Under the pieces are notes generated by a model. The model saw nothing but the letters and a program-made list of their open reading frames with translations. It made no database searches and was not told where the DNA came from. Position numbers and translations under genes: made by a program. A stretch of DNA of 64,000 nt from Cycas panzhihuaensis (taxonomy: Eukaryota; Plantae; Cycadophyta), in NCBI GenBank assembly GCA_023213395.1, contig CM041465.1:31255741-31319740 (forward strand). Reading direction: 5' to 3'. This document shows, piece after piece, positions 28,585 to 41,467 of this stretch. Each line of letters starts with the position of its first letter. Position 1 is the stretch's first letter.

Positions 28585-28749
28585 CATCATAACTATAATA
28601 TCAATAGCTACTTGGTTGCAATCATAACTATGACCTAGTATATATGTGCAACTTCACCTACACACGTATCTTCCTTGTCACAAATTCAATGAGTGCCCTT
28701 ACTCATTTCCAAATTTCAAAAATTTTATTGTAACTCCTTCCCCCCAAAA

Positions 28750-31700
28750 TTTTTGGACTACAACCATCGTGCTTCTTCTCTTTCCTTACATAACTTATTC
28801 ATTAATTTCTATACATATATGAAGTTTGGCCACACAATAGTAGGTGGTACTTGTACCCCTTAAGATTGTCAATGATCAAATAAAATATCAACATCACATA
28901 GCACATCTAATTGTGCCAAAGTAGGTTTCTCTCTAAAATATATATGTTTAATTTCTTCCATAAGTTCATTTTTTATTTGTTTAATCATACTCAAATCTTG
29001 ATGTAGTTGATAAATTTTACTCCAAATTTATTGGTATGCATGGCTTCCTCTTAGTTTTCTAGAATCCAAGCCCCTAACTTATATATGACCTCATATAACC
29101 TAGGGGGAATGTCTTATTTATAGTTGGCTTTGAATACCTGCATCTAGTGATTTACAACATACATGTCTTTTACCCAATCCATAATACATTAAAAAAAAAT
29201 CTAAATGGGCTTTAGTAGTGGCTAGTTTCTACTCCAACTTTCATATCCTTTGCATGTTAGGAAGAGGTCTATTGGTCCTCTACTCCAATTTAGTTACCAA
29301 TTTTCAAGTGACCTTTGCCAAGAAAGATGTCTTCCACTATGAGATATCTTAGGGATCATAAGACATTAGGTCTAAGCCTTCTTCTAAAATATCTCTATAA
29401 GGATCAAAATTAACTTCTAGTGGCTAACTATTTAATTGTTTCAAAATTTTGTATCATCTCTTTATTACAATGAGCTTCCTCCCTTTTGGTATTTTTCTTC
29501 AATACATTTCAATATTATTGGTGTGGTTGTTTGTGACAATGTTGTAGGTCTATTAACTTCTTCCTCTACAATGTTGTAGGTCTATTTCCTATTCTAATTT
29601 CTACCTTTTTTTATCTCTTTTTCCTCATCTTTTCTCTTTTAGTCATGGACCTACATCCTAGTCCAAGTTTGCAAGGTTGCCTCTTCTCATACTTTCTTAT
29701 CTTCTTCTTCTTCTTCTCCTATTGGACATGATTGTGGGTTTCTAGGCTAGCACTACTGTTGAATCTAAGTCTTTTCCTTCTTATGCAATCTCACTAGTGG
29801 CATCAAACCATACCTTCATTCCATGTTAAACATTTTAGTCCATTTTACTAACATGGATTGTCCTTCATCCACTGATAGAAGTTTAATACTTGGACACTAA
29901 GAAAATAGTAACCCTTAGAGCAAAGTTGGGTAGAAAAACATGATAGATTATATAGTGTTCCTTAGATTCTCTATATTTTTTAAGAATCCATTAGAAACAA
30001 ATTTAGCCTAATTAAACTTTTATCCTTTTAAAACCTTTATCAACATGGAATGCAAATGGCTTGGAACAAAATGGCTTTTTTGTCTTAATATAACTCTAGT
30101 AAATAAAAAGTATACAAGATACTGCATTTGATTCAAAGAAATTCTTGAAATTTGGATTCTTGAACTTGAGACATTGAACTTCTTTGCTCTGATCTGGTAT
30201 GCTACTTATTCCCTAAAAAAATGTTTATCTTTAGGGTATCTGGTCCTTCATTCAGTAATCTAGTTAGTCACATAATTGCTTCAAGCAAATAATCAATTAG
30301 GGAGGGTCATTAAGCTATCATTACAGTTATGACTATCAGAAAATTTAAAATGAATAGAAAAATGCCTACCCAAATGTATTGTTCAAATCCTATGGTTATC
30401 AAATTCTTTCTCTAGGAATCCTCTGGTGGTATTTTTGACCATTACTTGTGAATCTACTTATTGTCTAATTCACAAAATCCCATCGTAAGTTGTTGTAGTT
30501 CACTGGTCTCCATTATTTGCATTATATTTTGCTTAATGTTTTTCACTTATGTAAAGGTAAATATCAATGAGGTCTAAGCTAAAGTTTTCTTTGGTAGGAG
30601 GAACTATTAATAATCAATTGATATCAGAGTTTTGTAAGGCAATAAATTAATAAAATAATTTCCTTCGAGTAGCAATAATGACTCATTGTGCATGTCATTT
30701 CTTCTTACATCCTTATTATCATAAAGATACTTGTTAAAATTGTAATCACATCATATTAAATAATGGATTATAACCATTTAATAGCAACCATTGATCCACT
30801 TTGATGATTACAACCAAGGTCATTATCGACGATCACAATCTTCCTCAAATCCACATCCCTTTCATAAGTTATCCTTATGATGATTAAAATGTTTACTATC
30901 CTCATGATTTACAGCTTTTTTTTTTTTTACCTTATTATATATGGCTTCAACCGAATTACATTGATCACCTTTCGTAATAGGATTCCAATGAGTTGTCTAA
31001 GCTAAACCACTATATTTTTCAAAATGTGATTTACCTTATATGGTCATTACCATCATAATTTTATTTTTTCAAGTTTTATTCAGAATTTTCTATCATGCAT
31101 TACTACCAAATCTCCTTCCTTGAATTGCAATGTTTATAAATGTCAATCATGCCATGCTTTTTACCTTTTCTTCTCTGCTTTAAATTTGTACAAAGCTCTC
31201 ACTCTTCGCTCATCAAGCTTTAAGAGCTCCACAATCCTTTGGTCTCAAGAATCTTGCTCTTGCATTTGTAGTTGAACCACTACTGCCATACTTTTAGCCT
31301 AAAATTCTAGTGGAAGTACAACTTCCAAATCATATACTAACTAGAACATAGTCTATTATAAGGTCTTTTGATCATTATTCTATCTGAACAAAGGATAGAT
31401 TGCAAGTGTTCCACCCAATCGATCCTTACTTCACTTTAAATTTTAGACAAAAGTCACTTTAAAATTTTGTTAATACTTTCTACTTAATTATTAGTCCTGG
31501 GATAATAAGGAGAGGACTAGTATTGTTGGATCATAAATTCATTTATAAGATGTTTTATGGTACTATTAAAAAAACTACCACCTTTATCTGACATTATTTC
31601 TAAGGGGTAACCAAAATGAATAATAATTATTTTATATAAAAACTTGGTTGTACTCCTAGTATCACAAGTTCTTATTAGTCATACTTCTATATATTTAGTT

Positions 31701-32099
31701 AGGAAATCTATGGATACTAGAATATACCTTGCATTGGTTCTCTTATTTGGGAGACAAATAGGTCCTATAAAGTCTAGTTCCTATTTTTAAATGGACCCTA
31801 AGCTAATATCAGACATAAGGGTATAAAGTGACATTTCCATGGCATACCCATATGTTGGTAGATGTAACAGCTTCAAACTCATTTCTTAGTGTCCTCAAAC
31901 AATGTTGGCCACTATAATCCTACAAGTAGAATCTTTTGTATTATTGATTTGGTGCTATGATGTTTTGTTATCACCCTTTCATGGGATTCCCTTATTACTA
32001 CATCCATCTCATACTCTAATATACATCTTTATAATACTCAGTCTAGTCTAAGTTTATACATCATTCCTTGCACCAATTAAAATTAAAATATTTTTTTAA
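28750..32099 (-). mobile_element. Ty3/Gypsy (Athila-like) 3' part: integrase (~30900-32099) plus decayed extra ORF downstream
   Basis: Integrase motifs on the minus strand (ELDFIGPI, YILVS.DFLTK, FGYPLEIMSD, YYP.TN). 30115-32099 is duplicated at 36855-38842. Confidence 0.8.
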
Positions 32100-32129
32100 T
32101 ATGCACCAAAACTTGGGCTGAATATGCAC

Positions 32130-32575
32130 CAAAACTTGTAGATCTAAAAAAAGAACTTGAAAAAATGGTTAAATATATGATAATATGTACATATCTAAAA
32201 GAAAACTTTAATAAATATTATAGATCTAAAGTAAGTATTGTAGATCTAAAGTAAATATTGCATATCTGTAGCCAATATTGTAGATCTAAAGCAAATATTA
32301 TAGATCTGAAATAAATAAACCAAAAAAGGTGAAATAATTAATAAAATAAGCATATCTAAAAAATATATAGCAGATCTAAAGAAAACTTGAATAAATATTA
32401 CAGATCTAAAGTAAATATTACAGATCTGTAGTAAATATTATAGATATAAACAAAATAAGCTAAAAAAATGGTGAAATATTTGATAAAATAAGCAGATCTG
32501 AAGAATATATAGTAGATCTAAAAAAAAACTTTGAATAAATATTGCTCACAGTTGTGCTCCTGCACAGATCTATAA
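32130..32575. repeat. Degenerate ~20-bp tandem repeats (agatctaaagtaaatattgt) with higher-order duplication
   Basis: tagatctaaa/cagatct units recur at 32221, 32241, 32261, 32281, 32301, 32371, 32401 and 32421. Confidence 0.85.
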
Positions 32576-32931
32576 AAAGTATTAGATAAATAGACAAAAT
32601 ATGCTTGAAATATGTCAAATATTTGATAGAAATATATAAAACTTATTGATAAAAACTCTGTAGAGTGATAAAAAAACTCGATATTTATTGTTTCTAGCTA
32701 TGAACCTACATAGATTTGAAAAAAAAATCTGAAATATATTTGTTATATCACAAGTAAAACTCAAGAATAATCAAATATGATAAAAAATAATGTAAGAAAT
32801 TACTAATAAACTTTACAAAAAATGAATATAACTAATATTTGCTAGCTTGAGAGTAGATCTGCCTAAAATACTAATAAATCTTCCTTCTTCTTAAAAAAAC
32901 TTCAAATGGAGATGCAACAACCTAGCAATCT

Positions 32932-35900
32932 TATTAGGATTAGTAATGTAACAAGCATATCAAACCCTAATGGTGAGCAACAAAAAGATGAAGTATGTAT
33001 AAAATAGACATCATGTTGGAGAATTGGCCAAAACTCAATTATGAATAAATAAGAGTACATACTTATAGTACAACCTCACCACTAGAGAGAGAACCCCATT
33101 GGACTACTTAGAGGTGGCACACATATCAAGGTGGCCCACAACTCTAATATAAAATACAAAAGATAGAGAGAGTTTACATAGGGCTAATGGAATTAAGTAT
33201 TACACCCAACATTCCCCCCTATAATAGTCAATTACATAAATGTCGTCACTTCAATGAAGCTCAAGTCTCCAAAAAGTTGCTAGATCATAACCGCTACTGC
33301 ACTGAATAAGAAAGCTGCTAAAGTCCATATGAAGTGGAGTCCATCTATCGGAATGTATGGGTTATCAGCTGCTGCAACCGCCAGTTGGGTAGGAACTCCC
33401 TTTGTATACGTGGATCAATTAGGAGCTGGCAAGAGTAGTTGTATAAGGTCCCACCCCTTGCTCATATGGGAGTGTAAACAGGAAAAGATATATATAAGAA
33501 ACACATGGCACATGGCACATGGCAGACAAGAGTAGCTTCTAAAAGTGTGTCCTACCTCTTGCTCAATAGGACTAGCACTTCTTTGGCATCTAATAGCCGA
33601 AAATACAATGGCACTATGGCCTCAAACATGCCACATGGGCTAAAAGGATGCCTCATTGGGCTAACAACTTACCACCATGGGCAAAAATAACTAGCATTAG
33701 AAATTTTTACATGACTGAAAAATAATATGTGACTTGTGTAGCATATGTGACTCTCTCTCATAAATGAAGTACAATATGATCACAATGGGTTCTTCAAGAG
33801 CTAAAAAGAAGTCCATAGTACATGTCATCCCCTTTATTTGGGGTACATTATATCAAGAAGCCTTGAAAATGCAATATGTGCCTGAAGAAACTAAAAAAAA
33901 ATGAAGATAAATAAGAACTTGTAATTTTGAACTTAAAAATCTCCATGAAAACAGCTCCAAAATGTGTCAAATGACCTGTCAGATGGAAGGTCTCTCTGTT
34001 ACGGATCCAACACAATAGACGGAATTGAAATTGGACCTCCCAATCTTAAGATACAGTTAAAAAGGTGACAGGTACTCCTTAGTAATGTTGAAACTTAATG
34101 AAATAAAGATTAGCCCCCTCCATAAGCTGGTAGCTGGTCATATAAGCCCACCATGTGACCAAGGCTAAAGTGAAGAGGGGCTAGATAGATCTGAAATAAT
34201 TATCTAATATGATTTAATTGATTTTTCCAAATCGAAAAAAAAACTTCTTAATAATAATTCGCATCTGTGCATTCAAAACATTATATGCCAAAATAAAATA
34301 TTAATTAAAAACAACCCTATTAGGGTTTCTGCACCATTTTGAGAGGGCTACCATCATTGGTGTTTGTAGGTCTGTGACCATGAAGAAGGGTCGTCACCAT
34401 GGATGAAGCAGGTCATGAGGTGCTACACCATAGAAGCTGTTGAGTAGGGCTGTCACTGCCATGGATGTGCAGGTCGAACACCAGAGCTGAAGCTTGCCAA
34501 GGATGAGTTGCAGGTTTTCTTTTTTAAAGGTACTGAGGTTCATTGTCATTATTTTGGAAGAAGGCCCAAATTTATGTCTGTAGAACTATGTTGTAGGTGA
34601 GCTACGATAGGGTTTCATTAAGCAACTGTCTCCATTTTGTCTACTGAAGGGTTGTTGAGAATAGATACGGCATCTTCCATAAAGGAGGACAGCATATTTG
34701 AGGATGACGAGCTTGCCCACATGTCTACCAAAGATCTCATCATACGATCCCGTGTGCTTGATAACCAAATTCACAGTATCAAGGATGAGGTGCAGGCTAA
34801 AAGATGTGGAGACGCCATCGATGCCATGTATGAGTTTGTAGGTCGAAGAAGGAGTGCCAAGAACCGAGCCCCCGTTGAACAGATGAATATGCAGGAGAAA
34901 ACGCCATGGCAGAGAAGTGATGGAGACGTGTCTGTGATCTTCATAGAATGCAGGTTTCGTCAATGGTGAGGGTGATCTCTTCATCACCACAGATGCAAGT
35001 CAACGTACAAGATGACAGGCTCCAAGTAAAGTCAAAGATTACAAGGCATCTTTACACTTCCTTTGCCATTTAGATGTGACGCCATGAGTTTGTAGGGTCT
35101 AGCAATGGACTGGTCAAAAATCGCATAGTGGCAGGTTGGAACCGTTCGCTAGTTCTAAGAGATGCTATTAAATGTTTGTAGGTTTGCCATGACTGAAATT
35201 AAAAGAATAGAAGTCGCCATGATTGAAGTAGCTGCAACCATTATTTGCTCTTTTAAAACATGGAGACATCTGTGATTACTGTCTCAACTAGAAACCATGC
35301 TGAAGTTTCAATTTTCTGAGCAATCTCCCTACCCAATATTCACTCAAATATTAACAAGACCAACCTATGCCTCAAACAACAAGCCAAGGAACATCTTCCA
35401 GCCCATTGTACATAAGTTAAAGCCTACTTTGGAGGCAGAGCTAGAGCCATGTCGAGAGAAAACAAGAGACAGCAATGGTGAAAGGAGCCCCATTAGCAGC
35501 CACTAGAGCCCAACTCGAACACCACTAATCATGGCAGCTTTCTTCTTTTTTTTATTTATTTTTTTAATACATAAGAATATAGGCCAGATTTGAAGGCCTT
35601 GAATACAATTTTTTTGAGCATAAGGAAAGTACATATCAATAAAAATATATGTATAACCTATAAATCTATAAATCTTTTGAAAATGGAGTCTCTTCTAGCT
35701 TCCGGATAGTAAGAAGCACTCTCTCAATTGCTGTTAACTGTTCCTGCAACACTCTATCCACTGACATGCAAAGGAAGCAATTAGACAGGAATTGAATCTG
35801 CACAAAGAATTTGGTGGACTTTCACCTGGATGCAAATTTATTGTGGTACCACATGTGGAGAAAAAGTCCACTTGACCAGCATCAACAAGCTTCAAACAGC

Positions 35901-36425
35901 CACAAAATTTTAAAATGGGTTTGAAAACAGCCTCTCATCAACATCAAAATAGCCCTTCAAAACTTGATAATAGTCCCATAACAAAATATGTATCAGATAT
36001 AACTTGAAATGATCTTCAACTTGACAAAGTCATGAAACAGGCACATCAAAAAATTTACAAGGCTTGAAAGCTCAAAAACATGAATGACATGTACTAGGAT
36101 TTGCAAGAAATGTCTCCAAGGATTAAACCTTGGGCTCTGATACCATGTTAGGATTAGTAATGTAACAAGCATATCAAACCCTAATGGTGAGCAACAAAAA
36201 TATGAAGTATGTACAAAATAGACACCATGTTGGAGAATTGGCCAAAACTCAATTATAAACAAATAAGAGTGCATACTTATAGTACAACCTCACCACTAGA
36301 GAGAGAACCCTATTGGACTACTTAGAGGTGGCACACATATCAAGGTGGCCCACAACTCTAATATAAAATACAAAAGATAGAGAGAGTTTACATAAGGCTA
36401 ATGGAATTGAGTATTACACCCAACA
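32932..36425 (-). mobile_element. Non-autonomous 3.5-kb LTR element 'D' with no recognisable gag/pol, carrying host-gene cargo
   Basis: 280-bp LTRs 32932-33211 and 36146-36425 (about 10 differences by eye); PBS 36132-36145; PPT 33212-33220; exact TSD AATCT. Confidence 0.95.
34667..34795 (+). pseudogene. RPT5: Captured 5' fragment of 26S proteasome AAA-ATPase subunit 6A (RPT5), ~43 codons
   Basis: (ACG)ASSIKEDSIFEDDELAHMSTKDLIIRSRVLDNQIHSIKDEVQ versus recalled plant RPT5 N-terminus M..EDTSSFEEDQLASMSTEDI.RA.RLLDNEIRILKE..Q. Similarity stops after VQ. Confidence 0.85.
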
Positions 36426-36854
36426 AATCTCTGCTCTGATACCAAATGTAGGAAAATAAATTGATGGAGAATAGCACAGAACATAAACAAATAATCATAT
36501 ATTAATACATCTTTGTTGTATAAACACAATATCCTTTGTATTCAATCCATTGTTGTAGAGAGAGTATTACAAATGTCCAAAAATAGGAGGTGTCTAAAGA
36601 CACCAGGGTTGCACACCCCTCAAAATATATAGTTTGGGGGAGGAGGGAAACTCCTCAACCCCTAAAATTTAAATAACAATAAAATAATAACTTAACTTAA
36701 CTCAAATGAACTTAACTCAAATTAACTTAAATCAAATCAACCTTACCTTATACTTACCTATACATGTGAGCACCCACATGTGTAAATTAATGAGAGTAAG
36801 GTATACACTCCTGGTTGGAAGGTGGGAGTAGGGTGATGAGCATTAACCCCAACA

Positions 36855-39836
36855 CAAGCTACTACATTTCATTTAAAGAAATTCTTGAAATTTGGATTCT
36901 TAAACTTAAGACATTAAACTCCTTCGCTTTGATCTGGTATGCTACTTGTTCCTTAGAAATTTTTTAATCTCTAGGGATATCTGGTCCTTCATTTGGTAAT
37001 CTAGTCAGTCAGACAATTACTTTGAGTAAATAATCAAGTAGGGAGGGTCATTAAGCTATCATTGCAATTATGACTATTATAAAATTTAAAATGAATTGGA
37101 AAATGCCTACCCAAATGTATTGTTCAAATCCTTCAGTTGTCAAATTCTTTCTCCAAGAATCCTCTAGTGGTATTTTTGACCATTGCTTATGAATCTACTT
37201 ATCGTCTAATTCATAAAATCCCATTGTAAGTTGTTGTAGTTCACTGCTCTCCATTATTTGCTCTATATTTTTCTTAATATTTCGTACTTGTCTAAAGGTA
37301 AATATCACTGAGGTCTAAAATGAAGTTTTCTTTGGTAGGAGGAACTATTAATAATTAATTGATATCAGGGTTTTGTAAGGAAATAAACTAATAAAACATT
37401 TTTCTATAAGTAGCAATAATGACTCGTCGTGCATGCAATTTCTTCTTACATCCTTATCATCATAAAGATACTTGTTGAAATTACAATCACATCATATTAA
37501 ATAATGGCTTATAACCATTTAATTTCAACCATTGATCCACTTTGATGATTGCGATAAGGTCATTATTGACAATTGCTATCTTCCTCAAATCTAGGTCCCT
37601 TTCATAAGTTATCCTTATGATGATTAAAAAGTTTACTATCCTCATGATTTGCATCTTTTTTCTTTTTTACCTTGCTATATATGGCTTCAACCAACTTCCA
37701 TTGATCGCCTTTTGTAATAGGATTCCATCGAGTTGTCTAAGCTAAACCACTATATTTTTTCAAATGTGATGTACCTTATATGGCCGCTACCATCATAATT
37801 TTATTTTTTCAAGTATTATTTAGAATGTTCTATCATGCATTAGTACCAAATCTCCTTCCTTGAATTATGATATTTATACATATCAATCATGCCATGCTTT
37901 CTACCTTTTCTTCTTTGCTTTCAATTCCCATAAAGCTCTCACTCTTCGCTCATCAAGGTTTAAGAGCTCTACAATCCTTTGGTCTCAAGAATCTTGCTCC
38001 TGCATTTATACTTAAACCACTATCCTCATACTTTCAGCCTGAAATTCTAGTGGAAGTACAACTTCCAAATAGTATACAAACTAGAATAGAGTCTATTTAT
38101 AAGGTCTTTTGATCATTGTTATATCTGAACAAAGGATAGACTACAAGTGTTCCACCTAATCGATCCTTACTTCACTTTAAATTTTAAATAAAAGTAACTT
38201 TAAAATTTTGTTAATACTTTCTACTTAATTGTTAGTCCTAGGATAATAAGGAGAGGACTAATAGTGTTGGATCATAAATTCATTTGTAAGATGTTTTGTG
38301 GCACTATTAAAAAAATGACCACCTTGATCAGACACTATTTCTAAGGGACAACCAAAATGAATAATAATTATTTTATATAAAAAATTGGTTGTACTCCTAG
38401 TATCACAAGTTCCCATTGGTCATGCTTCTATCCATTTAGTTAAGAAATCCATGGCTACTAGAATATACCTCACATTGGTTCCCTTATCTGGGGGCCAAAT
38501 AGGTCTTATAAAGTCTAGGCCCTATTTTTCAAATGGACCCTAATCTAATATTAGATATAAGATCATAAAGTGATATTTCCATGGATTACCCATATGTTAG
38601 TAGATGTGACAACTTCAAACCCATTTCTCAGTGTCAATTAATGTTGGCCACCATAATCCTACAAGTAGAATCTTTTGTATTGTTGATTCAGTGCTATGAT
38701 ATTTTGTTATCACCCTTTCATGGGCTTCCTTTATTACTTGCTACCTCTACCTCATGCTCTAATATACATATTTATAATACTTAGTCTAGTCTAAGTTTAT
38801 ACAACATTCCTTGTGCCAATTGGAATGGAAATATTTTTTAAATAAAACTTTATATTTATACTCATTCTAGCCCCATTACTATACGACCTATAGTAAGATA
38901 TTTCACAATCTCCTTATATACCATTTTGGTACTACTTTGATAGAAAATAATTCAGTATCTAAAAAATCATTGTATATTCTCATAGTGGGTTCCTTACTTG
39001 CTTCTCTTGATAGAAAATCAAGCATTGTATATTTCTTCCCTTTCTTTACAATGATTTTGAAGTTAAATTCTTAGAACAATATTTACCTTCTATTAATCCT
39101 TCCCTATAAAATTGACTTATTTACCAAGTATTGAAGATCTTGGTGATCTATAAAGAAGATAAATGGATTAGCCAATAAATAATGTCTAAATTTCTTTAAG
39201 GCATAAATTATGCCTAAGCCTTCTTGCTCTATCATTGAGTAATTCCACTTTGTGTGAGTCAATTTCTAATTAGTAAAATAGATAGGAAGATATATATTAT
39301 TGTCTCCTAGTTAGGCCAATATACACCCAATGACAATCAATGAGGCATCAACATATATATGAAAAGGTCTGTACCAATCTAGAAATCTCAAAATAAGTAC
39401 CTGTGAAAATTTTTTCTTTAGTAGATTAAATACAAACTACTATTGTAGCATCCACTACCACATGGTTTTCTTTTTCAACAAAGTTTATAGGGGATTAACT
39501 ATATGGGCATATTCCTTAATGAATTTTTTATAATACCTCGTCATACCTAGAAATCCTTTTATCTTCTTTGTTATTTTTGGTATAGAAAAACTTAAAATTA
39601 CTACAACCTTATTTGGATTCATTTACAACTCATCCTTCATCACCACATGTCCTAATAAGGATCTAAATAGAACTATAAATGTAGATTTCACTGGGTTTAA
39701 GTGTAAATTTCTCCTTCTACATGTTTCTAACATCAATCACAAATGTTTAAGATAGTTTTTTAGTAGAGTATAAACTATCTATTCATCCAAAAAGCTTCAG
39801 TTATCTTTTCAATAGTCCATCAAATGATATTCAAAA
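36855..39836 (-). mobile_element. Ty3/Gypsy (Athila-like) RT C-terminus, RNase H, integrase and start of extra ORF
   Basis: Minus strand: LLGHVV..GV.MNPNKV, KGFLGMTRYYKKFI, PFHIYVDAS..IGCILA, EQEGLGIIYALKKFRHYLL, GKKYTMLDFLSR..DF.DTELF, then the integrase core. Confidence 0.9.
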
Positions 39837-41467
39837 TGATAGAATAATTAATGTTTATTTCATTAATTCATTAATCTTGGTACCAGTAATGTTAATGTTG
39901 TATATATTTATGATGAGGGCTTCATTTCATATAAATAGATTAAGTCACAACTTAATGTTATGAACCTAGTAGTGTGGAGTAGTATTTTTGTCCTCATATG
40001 AAAGTGTCATAAATTATTATAATAATGCGAGGTATATTTGACACCTTGCATGACTCTTCCATTCACCTTCCTTATATTTTGTAACTGCCTCCATTTTGTC
40101 TTATGTATGAGGGATTTTTCATATTATATAGCATTGTAATTTCTTATAAGTGAATTAAAAGAATACATACATTTTGATTAGAACATTAAACATTAATTTT
40201 AATGCTTGTACTATTATGATCATTTTTATTTTCTATTGAATATTTATGTAGAGGTTGTGAGTCTCAAACCTGGGTTGCAAACTAGGTAGACATCCATCCT
40301 CCATCACTTGGGATTCGAGTTTGTCTCTACTAAGTCTATTGATTAATTTTCAACCTGTCTCTTGCATAGTTTACTCCTTTAGTGTAGCTCCTTCATGGCT
40401 ACATTTTATTGTTGAATATATAACCATTTATTGGCTTATCTTTTAAAGATCTACTAGATTAATAAGTTATATTTGTGCTTCAAAGTCTAAAAGTGTCATC
40501 TATAGATCTGTACACTAAATGCTTTAAGATCTATCACCTCGTTATATTATTTGTTAGCTATTATCTCAAACATCTCATTATCAAAGTCTTATTGTTCTCT
40601 ATTCTTATCATTTTGCTACTGAATAGATAATTGTTGACCAATTTTAATGTGGTAATATAAGGCTATAACCTTATAATAACTATTTTTGGAGCCATACCTT
40701 GATTAATATAGGTTATCCAACCTTTGTTTAAGGTGTACTCGTACTAGTATTGGTTAGAAAGTCTCCATTGAGTCGTATTACAACTATTAAGCATAAAGGT
40801 GATTATTAAATACTGTTGGTGTATATCATGCTCAACATGGCATTTGTTCTACTCATGACACTCTATAGATTTATTGCTTTTGGTATTTTTATAACTGTAT
40901 GGTATTTTGAGGCAACTGTTGGCCCTTTATTTTACTCAGGTGGTCCCTATGTTGCCCTACGTTCATTGTTCTTGACTTGCATGGCCTTTATTTAATTTTA
41001 GTCAACCAACATTTGACTCTTATTGCACTCTCGTTCCATTATTTCTCTATAAAAATAATTCTTTAAATGAAAATCTCCAAGGATTAAGGCACAAGCCATC
41101 AAGATTTCAAATAAGGGAGGAAGAAAGTCATGGAATGAGCTCTTTATCTGCTCTCACAGATGGATTTATATATGGTGAAGATCCAATCACTTGCCAATCA
41201 TCTACCATCGACTTACTACCATTGATTTTAATACATTTGAGGGTTTATTACTCTAGGAAGAATGTATTTTTAATTGTTCTAGGATTCTTGGAGCTTTATC
41301 TTCCATACTAGTATTTGTAGCCAGACATAGAGGAAGATCTCAATGTCCACAACTTACATATCATTGTGGTTTAATGAATTTGAACTAACAACCTTATTAG
41401 TAGCTTAATCAACCATGTCAACCTTAATTATCTTATAATCCTTAGGTTATTTATCATTGTTGTGGCA

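Larger units (their letters stand above)
32100..36854 (-). mobile_element. One-LTR truncated copy 'H' of the gag-only family: LTR 36447-36854, PBS 36433-36444, partial leader 32100-32926
   Basis: The LTR is homologous to 4407-4809 and the PBS is gctctgatacca. The leader is interrupted by element D and ends abruptly at ~32100 with no 3' LTR. Confidence 0.8.

Noticed and set aside
34493-34514. miR169-like sequence ttgccaaggatgagttgcagg
   Set aside because: Four mismatches to the recalled miR169 and no complementary star arm nearby; better read as coding-like LAKDELQ before a GT.
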